NCBI GenBank assembly: GCA_965649765.1
Contig: OZ287752.1
Span: forward strand, 17,484,001-17,548,000
DNA: 64,000 bases
Direction of reading: 5' to 3'
Source of the DNA: Bispira polyomma
Taxonomy: Eukaryota
Positions 38,001-49,424 of this stretch are shown in pieces. The notes beneath the pieces are model-generated. The model saw only the letters and a list, made by a program, of their open reading frames with translations. It ran no database searches and was not told the origin of the DNA. The position numbers and the translations under genes were made by a program. The first letter of the stretch is position 1; each line of letters opens with the position of its first letter.

Positions 38001-41000
38001 TTTACAGAATGTACAGAATACCAAACTAAAACAATTGTAGTTGTAAAAGGTGTACCAGTTGGGATATTGGAAAAGTAGACACTTGTTCAAGTTGCTATTG
38101 TATACCACATACAATACCTGTTAATCACTTACTAGTGATATTATTCTATGTACTTTGTCTCTAAGTTGAGAAAGGGTTATATTAAATCTAGATTGATTTG
38201 ATCAATTGTTTGTATTCTGTTTTAGTTTCCCCAGTAGATGTAAGTTCCCCCATACAGAAGATCTTATATACAGAAGTAAACAAAAAGGCTTTACTAAACT
38301 GTACAGTGAGGGCTTATCCATCAGTCACTGCTGATCATGTGAATGTCAAGTTTGAAGATTCTGAAATACCTGCTAACAGAATACATGTGGAAGCAGTGGA
38401 GGATAAAGTGGATGAGACTCTGATAGAATTGACATTTGACCCTGTAACATCTGAGACATTTGGTCTGTATCAGGTTGTACTAAATAATGGTGTTGGAGAT
38501 GAAGTTGTTGAACTGAACTTGAGTGAACAAGGCTAGTATTCTTCTGTGTTTTGATTTTTTTGATAAAGAGAAAATGTTGCAATAAGTTAAAAAGCAGGCA
38601 CATGTTAAGATTTCACATATTTAACAAATATAACTACACCTTTCCCACATAGGCATCGACGGGATTCGAACTCATGCCGCCCAGAGGTGAGAGACCAGTG
38701 ATTGTGAAGCGCAATGCTTGCTAACCACTAGGCCACCGCGGCCCCCATAGTCATGAGGAGTCATGAATTTAAATGTTATACAGTTATATTATGTTGATGT
38801 TTTATCCAAAGGGGCAAAGCTTGACATGAATATACAATTATAGTATAGCTCATCATAATAGTTAATAACTGAACATTGTGATTAACTATTCAAATACATG
38901 TATTAATATTATTCAGGTGTACCAGAATCACCACATTCTTTGGTATTTGAGTCAGTAACTGCCATATCAGTGACCCTCTCTTGGATTTCTGGTCAGAGTC
39001 GTGGTGCAGAACAAACATTTACAGTGTATTACAGACATCAAGGGGACATCAAAATACTGTATTATGATGGAATCCAGACCAGTGAAAATAGCCAAAGAAC
39101 TGTGCACAAAGTGTCAAGTTTATTACCTGATACAGAATACTTCTTTAGGGTTAAAGCACAAAACCAATATGGAGAAAGTGATCATCAGCCAGAGATATCA
39201 GTTATTACTTCAGGTACCAGCGTCTGCCTAGTTGTGCCATCATTATTATTCAATAAATATGTATTTGCATCCAATTGCATAGACACTAATTGGAACTTCT
39301 AAAGTAGGCGGAGTTTTCTATTAAGATAAATGAAATAAATTTGCCCTGAGGCAAAGTGGGTAAGACATTCACTTAGGTACACAGAGGATTGGGGGTTTGA
39401 TCAGAGTTTTGGGACTGTCAGGTACAGACAAATACATACTGACTCAGATGTACTGCTTACAGTGACAGCCATTTCCCATAAGGTGATATTCTTTGTGGCT
39501 AAGGAACCTTGGTAAAATTGATAAATACCCTGGGTATACATTAATGCCGTGGTTACATTGAGCACATTCGTGTTATGTTTAAAATTCCGTAAATGTAAGA
39601 AAACGGAAATAAACGAAATGAAAATTTGGTGAAATGTAACAAAAAATGTATGGGCTATTTTGTACACGTTTTTTACATATCTGTACAGTCATTTAACATG
39701 TTTTAATAGCTGTTTCAATTATGTTTGGATGATTAGCAACGTTTTAAAATACGTTAGCCACGTTTCTAAACATGTTTCAATCTCGTACTCTTCGTTTCAA
39801 ATATTATTTGAATTCTATTTGAATGTATAGTACGTTTCACTGTCGTCCTTTAAGTGATATACGCATTGAATATGTGTCATATGTTGTCCGCAAATATACC
39901 AACTGTTAGGGAAAATGGCAGTAGACATAAAAAAATTTGTGCAGCACAAAATTTAAGACATTCACAGCGATTTTCTTTATTAAGGCATCATCTTACTCAT
40001 GCATGCTTACATTTACTTAAGTATACTACGTTCACTACGCAAATACATATGTTTTACCTTACATTAGCCATTTTTTGTGTGTAATCGAAACAAAAGCCCA
40101 GTGTGACCACAGAATAAATAGCATTCATTTACATTTGGCTAATAATCTTTAAGAGTGATATTTTTACTTTATCAAAGGTCTACCATCAGTGAGAGGGATA
40201 TTGGAGGCAAAAATATATGAAAATGTTGTAGTCTTCCACTGGGATCACATAGATGGAAACTACACTAGAGTGGCTTTATTAAAGTGTTATTTTGGAAGAC
40301 AAAAATGTATTTCAACTTACAAGATTATTGATGTCAATGTTACAATTTATGCACTGGACACAGTATATGATGGAGAGGAGTATTACCTTGTAATATATCA
40401 GGATACTGATGAAGTAACAGCCCAGAAATTTACGACTGACAAAAGTAAGTTTGCCTGTGAAAGACAACTTGTCTCTCACATTGGATAAGAAAACTTTCAT
40501 ACTATATTCATACTATAAAAGTAAACACTAATATAAATTTGACCTACAACAGATTAGAATTGCAAAATAATTTTTAAGTTTCCCTTTTCAACACATTCTA
40601 CAGAAATTGCTAATGATAAAGAAACTGGACTAATAGCAGGGATAGCAGTTCTCTCTGCCATGGTTGGTTTACTTGCAGTTTCCCAAATTATACTGATTGT
40701 TTTGTTCAAAAGAAGACAGAACAAAAATTGTGACAGTACCCAATGCACTTCAGTAAGTAATAATAACATCACATTCTATTTAGCAGACTTATGTCACTGA
40801 CAACATAATTTGTGTAATGTGTGTTCTTTTATTTTAGAGAGGTCCTCAGTGGCCGAGTGGTTAGCAAGTTTGGCATCTAATCACAGGCTGTCACCTGTCC
40901 CAATATGACCCTGGCTGTTAAACGGGACCTAAAACCCTAAACTTTGACATTGTCTTTTATTTTAGTGAACAATAAGATTAACTTTTGGTAAAATGTTTTT

Positions 41001-41866
41001 ATTGAATTGTTACATGTATATTTTAAAGAATGACGGTCCAACAACATATGAAAATGTACCATCTACAAATGAAATTAGCAACTATGAAATGACAAAACCG
41101 GAGGAACCAACACTACCAGCTGAGTATACAGATTTGAAGGTTTGGCCACTGCATAATTGATACAACTCAAATAATCACAACAAGTATTATAACTGACATA
41201 GGAAATATTTGTTTGCATTATTTCCAAGTAACTATTTAGAAATATTATTTTTCATACAGATATTTGCTTTAAATATGAACTTTATTATCCACTCTAATGT
41301 AAGTGTGATGTTTTCATACAATGTACCGTATCAACTGGTTTTTAGTGTCAATTCTGGATAATTTATCAAACACAAAGTTGTATAGTAATGTGGCTAATAT
41401 AAAATATCAACCTTAAACAACATAATGGTATATTAAACTCGATTTTTAGAGCTTCATAAATACGCATTTGAGACTAATTTGTGTAATAACTGTTTCGAAA
41501 GTAGTGAACCTTTGTATCTTTTAAGTAGTTTTAATATTGCCATATTAAACAAATCAATTCATAAAGTTATAAAACCTGTTGATCAAAATCAAAAGTAAGC
41601 AAGTTTGTATTTGATGTTACTTTTTTAAGGTTACAACTCTGTACTGTTTTGGTTTGTGTTATATAACCCCCGTGAGATTTCAAATATTTTAGGACTTTTT
41701 CTGACTGTTTTGTGTTATATTTTGACCTATATAAGCACAATAATTATATCTTATCAGTGGACTCGAGAAGATATTGTTTGATTCATATATTTTTAATATA
41801 CACTACTCTGGTAGTTTTATTATTATATTATTATTCCAGCAAGTGACATATGAAACCATCAACTGA
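28969..41866 (+). CDS. Gene B: multi-exon IgSF type-I receptor (SP, V + 6 Ig, FN3, FN3-like, TM, ITSM/ITIM-like tail)
   Basis: 13 in-frame exons: 28969-29020, 29282-29614, 30648-30968, 31234-31548, 32060-32350, 33611-33907, 36638-36916, 38226-38531, 38917-39213, 40178-40444, 40604-40752, 41029-41139, 41840-41866(TGA). Confidence 0.87.
29282..29614 (+). CDS. Gene B Ig1 (V-set-like, 4 Cys)
   Basis: [30 protein letters not shown]; 333 nt, same as gene C exon 2 (alternative acceptor 29264). Confidence 0.88.
30648..30968 (+). CDS. Gene B Ig2
   Basis: [28 protein letters not shown]; T|gtaggt. Confidence 0.9.
31234..31548 (+). CDS. Gene B Ig3
   Basis: [32 protein letters not shown]; T|gtgagt. Confidence 0.9.
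32060..32350 (+). CDS. Gene B Ig4 (absent from the supplied ORF track)
   Basis: cattttag| [58 protein letters not shown]|gtaagt; 291 nt open. Confidence 0.9.
32383..32554 (-). mobile_element. Old degenerate tRNA-derived SINE related to family 1
   Basis: ttggtcaaaattctgcact.taaacc..taccaacttt..cata..gattcga..cagaggtg..cacta parallels the family-1 minus-strand sequence. Confidence 0.6.
33611..33907 (+). CDS. Gene B Ig5
   Basis: tctcaag| [32 protein letters not shown]; T|gtaagt. Confidence 0.9.
34150..35170 (+). mobile_element. Degenerate L2/CR1-group LINE 3' portion
   Basis: [14 protein letters not shown] (degenerate YADD), [31 protein letters not shown] fragments. Confidence 0.75.
35385..36360 (-). 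mobile_element. L2/CR1-group LINE 3' portion, internally deleted
   Basis: [44 protein letters not shown]; (attgt)n tail at 35385-35402. Confidence 0.9.
36638..36916 (+). CDS. Gene B Ig6 (I-set-like)
   Basis: [30 protein letters not shown]; T|gtgagt. Confidence 0.9.
37170..37577 (+). mobile_element. L2/CR1-group LINE 3' fragment
   Basis: [19 protein letters not shown] followed by ccttagaatc..agataagcgctata(ttaga)n tail. Confidence 0.85.
38226..38531 (+). CDS. Gene B Ig7 (single Cys)
   Basis: [28 protein letters not shown]; donor G|gctagt (GC), vs G|gtcagt in gene C. Confidence 0.85.
38638..38746 (-). mobile_element. SINE family 1, tRNA-like head only
   Basis: Minus strand ggggccgcggtggcctagtggttagc (A box)..gagttcgaatccc (B box)..tatgtgggaaagg, then ends. 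Confidence 0.9.
38917..39213 (+). CDS. Gene B FN3
   Basis: [36 protein letters not shown]; G|gtacca. Confidence 0.92.
39544..40113. mobile_element. MITE with imperfect TIRs (Harbinger/PIF-like ends) in a gene B intron
   Basis: Left gccgtggttacattgagc vs right gcccagtgtgaccacag; TAA-like flanks; CpG-rich relative to surroundings; not seen in the equivalent gene C intron. Confidence 0.6.
40178..40444 (+). CDS. Gene B divergent FN3-like domain with Cx5C
   Basis: [30 protein letters not shown]; A|gtaagt. Confidence 0.82.
40604..40752 (+). CDS. Gene B transmembrane exon
   Basis: [50 protein letters not shown] |gtaagt. Confidence 0.88.
40838..40952 (+). mobile_element. Internally deleted tRNA-SINE (family 2) with 13-bp TSD
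   Basis: gtggccgagtggttag A box joined directly to the tail cccaatatgaccctggctgtt..aaactttgac; TSD tcttttattttag at 40825-40837 and 40953-40965. Confidence 0.8.
41029..41139 (+). CDS. Gene B cytoplasmic exon
   Basis: [37 protein letters not shown]; collinear with gene C 58865-58975. Confidence 0.85.
41840..41866 (+). CDS. Gene B last coding exon QVTYETIN*
   Basis: ttattccag|caagtgacatatgaaaccatcaactga; paralogous to 59114 onward. Confidence 0.82.
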   Translation, partial: QVTYETIN

Positions 41867-43180
41867 AGAATTGCAGCATCAAACCTTCAGATCTACCAAA
41901 GCATAGAGCATAACAGAGACACAAATAGTAATGATAACAACTGTGTATATACTTAGACATAAGAGACAGTTTGGTGATAACAAAATGCATAAACAAACTA
42001 ATAATTTTACTTGTCTATTGTGTATCCTTCCTATATAACAATATGCAAATATATACTTTACTAATTTTTATTAAATCTTAATTTCAGTAATATGAAATTT
42101 GCATACCTTTTTTAATCTTGATATAAAATAATTTGATGTAAGGACTGAACTTGTATTGTTTAAGTATCAAAATATGTAGGCAGGCCAGAGTAAAAATAAC
42201 ATGTTACAATTTTAGCAGTCTTAAATTCACGCCGGTGTCTAACAAGGAGCCATTTGAGAGACTGCAGAATGTAAGAAAGATGCAATAGCCAACAACAACT
42301 AACCAGTTATGCTAATGAGGTTTTCATGCATTGTAATTTGTTAGTAATCTGTTTGTTAACTCAATTAAGGACTATATTAATCCAATTGTCAACTCTAATA
42401 CAGGGAATTGCAGTAAATATACTAATAATCAAACAAATATGTTTGTATATTAGATGTATTGTATAAAAACATTAATAATTATAAAAGTAAGGCAATCTTT
42501 GGAGTTTGGGGGCAAACCTAAATAAAAGTATAAGCCAAAGATACTTGATCAGAGGCTATATTATTTTGTCTTATGTACGTCTATGCACATTTACCTTGGC
42601 TATGGATATCTTGATTTGGTACATGTGAATTAAAAGGTAGGGTTGCTCATTGTCTACGAAACAAATAAAAAGTGATATGTAATTCTTTTATACTTAACCT
42701 GCCTAGTATTGTCTGTAAGTTTTTAAGTGGTCTGCTATGTGTGAGTGGGAGCCAGTTGAAATGGACTTTCACTTAAAACGAGGGTTTATTCGTTGATTCT
42801 GGAGTGATGGCAAGCAAAACTTGTAATGCACAAACTGAACCTATTTGTGTGTTCCCTAATGTGGGAACCTAAATGACTTTTATAGTCAAGTTTGTAGAGT
42901 TTTTGTCCACCTTATGATTATGTGAGCACCAGGAGGGGCGAAAATTCTGTCAGCCCTTGTTAGGCGGTAGAGAAGAGAGAATAAGGAGTAAAATTAAGGG
43001 ACCAGGTTAGAAAAAGCCCAGTAAGTAGGCTGCTCTGTATACCTGGCCCATATACATTGAGTCACATACTAATAAAATCTTGTTAGGAGGTCTATGTCCT
43101 TAAATGGTTTTTGTAGTACCAGCGCCTCATGAAACTAGCTGAGTCGCTAATCACAGAAGGCAGAAGTATCCAGTCCATAT

Positions 43181-44040
43181 TGTAATTGTAATTAGACTTT
43201 TATTGCGCTTAATCTCCCCTTAACAAAGGGGACTCTAAGGCGCACCAGCACAAAAGACAGTTATCCAATTTCCAAAATCAAGGGACAGAAAAAGGGTCAG
43301 CAACATAGAGCGCGCCGGGGGATGATTGAGACTAAGGTGGATATGCTTTAGTGTACAAGTGGGTTTTAAGCTTCTTTCTAAAACAGGCTAGTGAGGGGGA
43401 AGCACGAATCACATCAGGAAGACCATTCCAAACAATGGCAGCATCAAAAGCAAAGCTGTGACCAAACTGTTTAACCGACTTTTGAGTAGATGGGTGGAAC
43501 TTTGGAACAACAAGGAAATTACTACCACTCTGACTACGTCTGGTATTGTAGGAACTACTGTAAGTGGAAAGATATGGGACAAAATACTTTGGAAACCCAG
43601 TGTGGAGAAACTTATAAACAAGTGTAGCTGTCTTAAACACTGAACGCTGTTCAACAGGGAGCCAATGCAATTTCTTAAGAACAGGAGTTATACTAGTGTA
43701 TCGACTGGTGTTTGACACAATTCTAGCTGCACTATTTTGAATGCGTTGTAATTTGCGTAAATTAAACTTTGAGAGACTCCTGAAAAGTGAATTGCAGTAA
43801 TCCAGTCTACTACTGACAAAGGCATTGGCCACAAGTATAGAAGCATCATAAGTGAGAAACCGTCTGACACGTCTAAAGTCACGAAGTTGCATAAAACAGC
43901 TTTTGCAGACACTCTGAACGTGTTTAGAGAAAGAAAAGTCAGAGTCAAAGCATACACCCAGGTTCTTGACAGAATCAGCTGGACTGAAAGGGCTACCCAG
44001 GATGTCAACTGGAAACAATGCTTTCAACTTATCCCTATGT
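43181..44040 (-). mobile_element. Young 5'-truncated L2/CR1-group LINE
   Basis: Uninterrupted 231-aa ORF2 C-terminus (KNLGV..SRLDYCNSL..LQRIQNSAAR..LHWLPV..WNGLP..KAYPP*), 3' hairpin and (ATTACA)n tail; possible TSD catattgt 43176/44041. Confidence 0.93.
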
Positions 44041-44957
44041 CATATTGTGACATATTGTGAATTTATGGCTGCTATTTAGTGTGCTATTGAAATATGTGTG
44101 GTGTCAGGTGTTGTTGACCACTAGACATTCAACAATGATAGTAATGTGGGGCGTGATGTGAGTGATAAGTTAGCAAAATATCAATAAGCTAATAATAACC
44201 TTAATATTGCAGTGTATGATTTTTGGGTGGACAGCCTAAATGCCTGATGGGCTCTATGTGCTGCTCTAACTGCAACTGCAACTACCTTGTAAACCTGAAT
44301 CGTCTATTACTTCTCCAAGTTTATTGTTGCTATTTTGAGTCATGTCCAATCTAAAAAGCAAATCCTCAGTATAGTTATTTTTCCAAGAATATGGACAACT
44401 CTAAGTTCAATATCTGGCTTTGCTATTTCGATAGAGATATTTCTAGCCATAGCACAAGTGTGAAGTCTTTCAGATTTCTGGATAGAACCTGATTGTCACA
44501 ATGGACGAGTAATTTTTTGCCTGTCCATTGCCGTTACCATACTCTTATGGCTACCAATATGCTTATCATTTCAAATGTACTATGGTGTACTTTTGAAAGC
44601 CCAAAAAAAGGCTTTTGTATATACTTGATCATTACATCTGGCCCCTAGGCCTTGAAGGCGAAAGTCTAATTGTTCCTGCTCTGTTATTGGTGCATGATTT
44701 AAAATGCCATCCATTGAATGTGCGTAAAAATGTCCAGCATTCGGTTTAAGAAAGAATGCTCTGGAGTCCTTAATTCACTTTGAGATAGTAGTAGTGAGCC
44801 TAATAGAGACTGTAATTGCCGTTTAGAGCATGATTTCCTATTCTGTATTTCAGCTTTTTTGTTATCTCGATTGGAGACTTATACTCTTCTGTATTTATAC
44901 AGACGCCTAAACATACCATTTTTGTGGTTGTTTTTACTATTATCTTTTCACTTAGTG

Positions 44958-45205
44958 TGAATTGAATTGAATTTGGATATTTAACGTCCACTCTAGTACC
45001 TTTTTAGGTTATATTGGGATGGGTAGTTGAAAACGCTGAAGGAAACACTGCATACAGTTGATCAAGGTTCTGCACTGAAACCAGCGGCCCACAGTAAGAA
45101 ACTACCACCTTTCCCACATAGGCATCGACAGGATTCAAACTCACAACCCCCAGAGGTGAGAGAGCAGTGATTGTGAAGCGCAATGCTTGCTAACCACTAG
45201 ACCAC
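44958..45205 (-). mobile_element. SINE family 1, near full length
   Basis: Reverse complement of 46434-46686; (tgaat)n tail. Confidence 0.92.
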
Positions 45206-46433
45206 AAATTGTCAGAGAAGGCACATTTAGGGCCATTGTATATCCTAATAATTGGCAAAATTCACAGTACAATATATAACCAGACCTAGTGCATCGCAGA
45301 ACCGACGCATATTTGTATCCACCAGAAAGACAAAGCTCCCTAGGTAGCAAGCACCCTAGCTAGCACCTAGGCTAGAAGCCTATGATTTCCTATAGGGCGT
45401 TTATACAAAAGCCTTAAATGGCACAAGCGGGTTTCACATTGAAATCTGTGGGACCTAGTGTGAAACCCACTCTTTCAAAAACTATTGTTGTGTTTGAAAT
45501 GATTGATAAATTGTGGTGCTAAGGCCAAAGCTGATAATGTCATCAATGTAGTTTATGACGTTGTATTTGTGTGATGTCATGAAAAACATTATTGCGTCAC
45601 TTAAGCGCTGAAAATTGAGCAGCCATAGCAATACCCAAATGGGAGAAATGTGTCTATATAAACATTGTCTGGTTTTAATCCTAGTAATTTCAGGTTAATG
45701 TAAACGAGTGACTTATGTCATTGTATATTTTTAATAGCTAAATAACTAAATGCCCCTGTGGATAATTTTAGTCTATATTAACCTTATGTGCACCTCTTCC
45801 GGTTTTGGACAGGTCATGAAAGGAGGTGATTGGTTTTGATTGGAGGTGTCCTAAAGGGACCTATAATGGCACCAACATCTTTATCATCCTTAAAATCGAA
45901 GGGAAGGCCATAGCGTAAAAGATTAAAAAGTTGTTTATCCCAATAATAATCCAGCAATTTTTGCCAATTGTTCACATGCAATTCTGATTTAACCAGGGTT
46001 TATCTTTTACTACATTATGCAACTTCAAGTGATCCGGAATGTGTGCATTTTGGTCATCAGTTACGGCCATTTGCATGTCCCAAGTAGAATGAAACCAATT
46101 TTTTCTTTAATTTGTTTGTTTAAAGCATGAAACATATTGTTATCTTTTACTAGTGCTATTGCGATTCTGTGCTTCTTTTTAACCTGGAGTTTTAGTTGAT
46201 ATTTGTCTTTCGTTTTTTGCGTTAACTTTGAACTAAGTATAAAAACCGTATCTGTTTTTACCTGTGACTTTTATTGTTTGCTCGCATAAAGTATTATCAG
46301 CCTGATTTGTACACGTTCCATTTTCATATTGATTTTATAGTATGTCATGATCCCTCAGCGTCATCAAAGGGTTTAACAATGCCAATAATCTTTCTTTGGC
46401 TGAATTTAGTATTTTGGTTTTTAACTACATCAG

Positions 46434-46686
46434 GGGGCGGAGGTGGCCTAGTGGTTAGCAAGCATTGCGCTTCACAATCACTGGTCTCTCATCTCTGGGT
46501 GGCGTGAGTTTGAATCCTGTCGATGCCTATGTGGGAAAGATGGTAGTTCCTTACTGTGGGCCACTGGTTTCAGTGCAGAATCTTGATCAACTGTATACAG
46601 TGTTTCCTCCAGCGTTTCCAACTACCTGTCCCAATATAACCTGAACAGGTACTAGAGTGGACGTTAAATATCCAAATTCAATTCAA
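46434..46686 (+). mobile_element. SINE family 1, full length, 15-bp TSD
   Basis: A box gtggcctagtggttag, B box gagtttgaatcc, (attca)n tail; TSD ttttaactacatcag at 46419-46433 and 46687-46701. Confidence 0.95.
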
Positions 46687-49372
46687 TTTTAACTACATCA
46701 GAATATGACTTGTTTTTGAACCTAACCCAATGAGCCCTCTAGGTAGTGTGGCCCCTGTTTTCATACACATTACTATACAGACAAGTTCATTTGTTTGCGC
46801 ACGCAACTATAAATGCAAAAAGCCTCTCATGTATTTGTTTACTCTGCGGATTCAGTACTGTTCTATCACCAATTTCTTTCTTGATAGTTGATCTTTCATA
46901 TTGAGAATCCAAATTTCCACAGTTTTTCCTTTAATATTGCTTTCATCTTAAAAATTGTTTAAGTTAGGATCCCAGTATTTAAAGAGACATTTAAAACTAT
47001 TTAAATTTAGGGGGTTTCTAAATTTCAACTTAACATGTGATAAGGTTCAAAATAGAAAACAGAAGTAAAGTGGGATCCACATAGATTTTCTCTTTAAAAG
47101 ATGACCAAAGAATTTAACTGTAGGCCGGATTTTATATTTACAACTTGTACTTGTATCTTTGAAATTAATGCTTTGTGCTTTATAAATTTGTATACAAACT
47201 ATTTAACTGACTGATAATGGCTATTGAATTTACCTATTCAGAATTTACCTGTTAAGCACAGATTATCAATTTGGATGTAGTCAAAGTAAACTAAAGTTCT
47301 TTAAAGTTTCAGCTCGGGATTATTTTACAAAGCAAAGTGTAAATATGGCTCTCAGAAATGCATAATTGGATTGAGGTAATTGTGAATTAGATTGAAGGGA
47401 TTTGGCCGACTAAATGATCAAGTAACTGTAGTAATTGATGAATCAGATCTTCAATATTTGATCTCAATACAATATGTTACATATATTTTGTTAACCAAAA
47501 AATATTAATTTAATTTGAAAGAAAATTTACTTTGATATGTAGCAAATCACTTTCTTTGATTAGGTTGGTCAGCAGTCACCGTTCAGCAGTTGTAATTATT
47601 GTGGTTGTGGGATAATCTTTAATTATTGTTTAGTTGTCGAAATGTAGCTATAGGAATGAGGCCTTTGAGAATAAGACTACTGTTTGAACATCTTAGTTGA
47701 TTTTTGACCTTTATCTTCTTTGATTTTTGACGGTACATGTCTCGCTAAAATCATAACTTAATCTCTCCCTTATTAGTTTGCAATAACTCCATCTGATTAT
47801 TCTGATATATATCAATTTCTCACTACCTAACATTTTGATTGTAATTGATGAATGATTGTGTGACCAACAATTTGATCCTAACTAGCTCTACCCCAACAAC
47901 TAAACTAAACAGCAAATGAAAGATTATCTCAATTTTATGAAGATAAAAATATGTTTCGATGTTTTGACAAAACAGCCAAGGCTCCATACGTCTGAGGAAA
48001 TCTATTTATATACTTCTACTTTTACAGGTGGTGTGCCTTTCACCATTTTTACTTTCAAAGCCTTGTTGGGCTTTAACCGCTTGAAACTCTTGACCAACTT
48101 GGAAAAGCATTATTGCATCGCCTTATTTATTTTTGAATTCACAGGTTTTATTTATGTTGCAGTCATATGGGTACTAACTTCCAATGGCCAGACAAGAGGC
48201 ACATACGTATGCCTTGGTTCCATGGTCACTTGGGGCCAATAAATTTGCTGTTTAGCCCAAACTGCTTCTCGACCACCCCTTTATGATTTGTGGATACCTG
48301 TTTCGTTGAGTTGAGCTAACTCTTTCAGCCGAGAGTCCACGTGTGGCTTTCTTTACAAAAGTTATACTTAAAGGTTTTTTAGTGGAGGCTTTGAGATATA
48401 CGTATTCAATGACTGTTAAGGATTTGAGTCGAATTACACTTGAATGTCTTCAGAATTAGAATAAAATACAGCCTTTAAATAAAGCTCCACCAAGAGAGAA
48501 TGAGCATATGTATTTTTCTCAGAGACAATTTAGGTAATAATAATTTTAACTTCATAAACTGAATAAACTTTTAGAATTTTTTTGTATCTATTTGTGTATT
48601 TTGTTTCTTTTCAATTTATTCTTTTTCAAACGTAATGAAAACATATATTTGTATTTTGATGTGCTAAGAGTATAAACAAAGATATATAACTATCATAGAT
48701 TAAAATTTTGGCTGGGAGTTTTTGTTTCATTAGCAGCACATAACTACACTGTACCATAAAATAATACAACAATGAAGTAATATAATACCAGCCATCCAGT
48801 GAATGTCTATAAGATCTGCACAATAACATTATGAATCTCTTGACATAGTAAATTTGATAGGGAAGTATATTATGGAGGAGGAGATAAGATATCTAGTGCC
48901 AGGTGAAAGAGAAAGATAAGAGAAAGGACGTGGGGGCAAGGAAATGGCAGAAATACTACAGTATTACGAATAGATAAGGGGAAAAAGAAATTGTTTATAA
49001 ATTTTAGTATAATTCATATTTCACAAAAGGAAAAATGTCTTTCAATGAGTGACATCGTAATTAATTTAATCGCTCTTAAAAGTGGATAATGCCAACGTGT
49101 TACGTGTAATTTGCTACTAATTGCAATAGTAGATCAATTTTACATTACAGTCTATTTATTTCAATCTTATGTCGCTTTTATACTTCCTTTATATGTTAAA
49201 ACAAACTATATATATATATATAGATATATATATATATATCCATATTACTTGAGTTTGTGTGGATGAGAAAATGTATTGGTAAACAGAAAGTAAAACGTCA
49301 TTCTGTAAATACATAAGGCAAAACATATGTTACTATCAGAATATACTACTAGGATATATTCTTTGAACCAAT

Positions 49373-49424
49373 ATGGAAGGGATTATTATTATAATAATAA
49401 TGTATGGTCTACACCTGTGTTTGT
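49373..49424 (+). CDS. Gene C signal peptide exon MEGIIIIIIMYGLHLCL
   Basis: T|gtaagt; 52 nt as in gene B. Confidence 0.85.

Larger units (their letters stand above)
42700..48400 (-). mobile_element. Heavily decayed Ngaro-like DIRS element spanning gag to YR, with nested L2 and two SINEs
   Basis: Minus-strand fragments in correct order: gag GGREAVWAKQQIYWPQ (~48230-48290), RT WQKLLDYYWDKQL..RYGLPFDF (~45890-45990), NYIDD (~45530-45555), MVCLGV (~44900), RNase H VHCDNQ..MARNI..VVHILGKNN (~44370-44530), YR RAAYLLGFF..SNLVP..PPGAHIIIRWTK (~42900-43040). Confidence 0.75.

Noticed and set aside
38638-38746. tRNA gene (A and B boxes, acceptor-like GC ends)
   Set aside because: It continues into SINE body sequence and matches the heads of full-length SINE copies with TSDs, so it is a SINE head
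12250-41866. Assigning a gene symbol such as NPHS1/nephrin, sns, hemicentin or CD22
   Set aside because: Similarity is architectural only; domain counts, the extra FN3-like module, short tails and tandem paralogy argue against demonstrable orthology without a phylogeny
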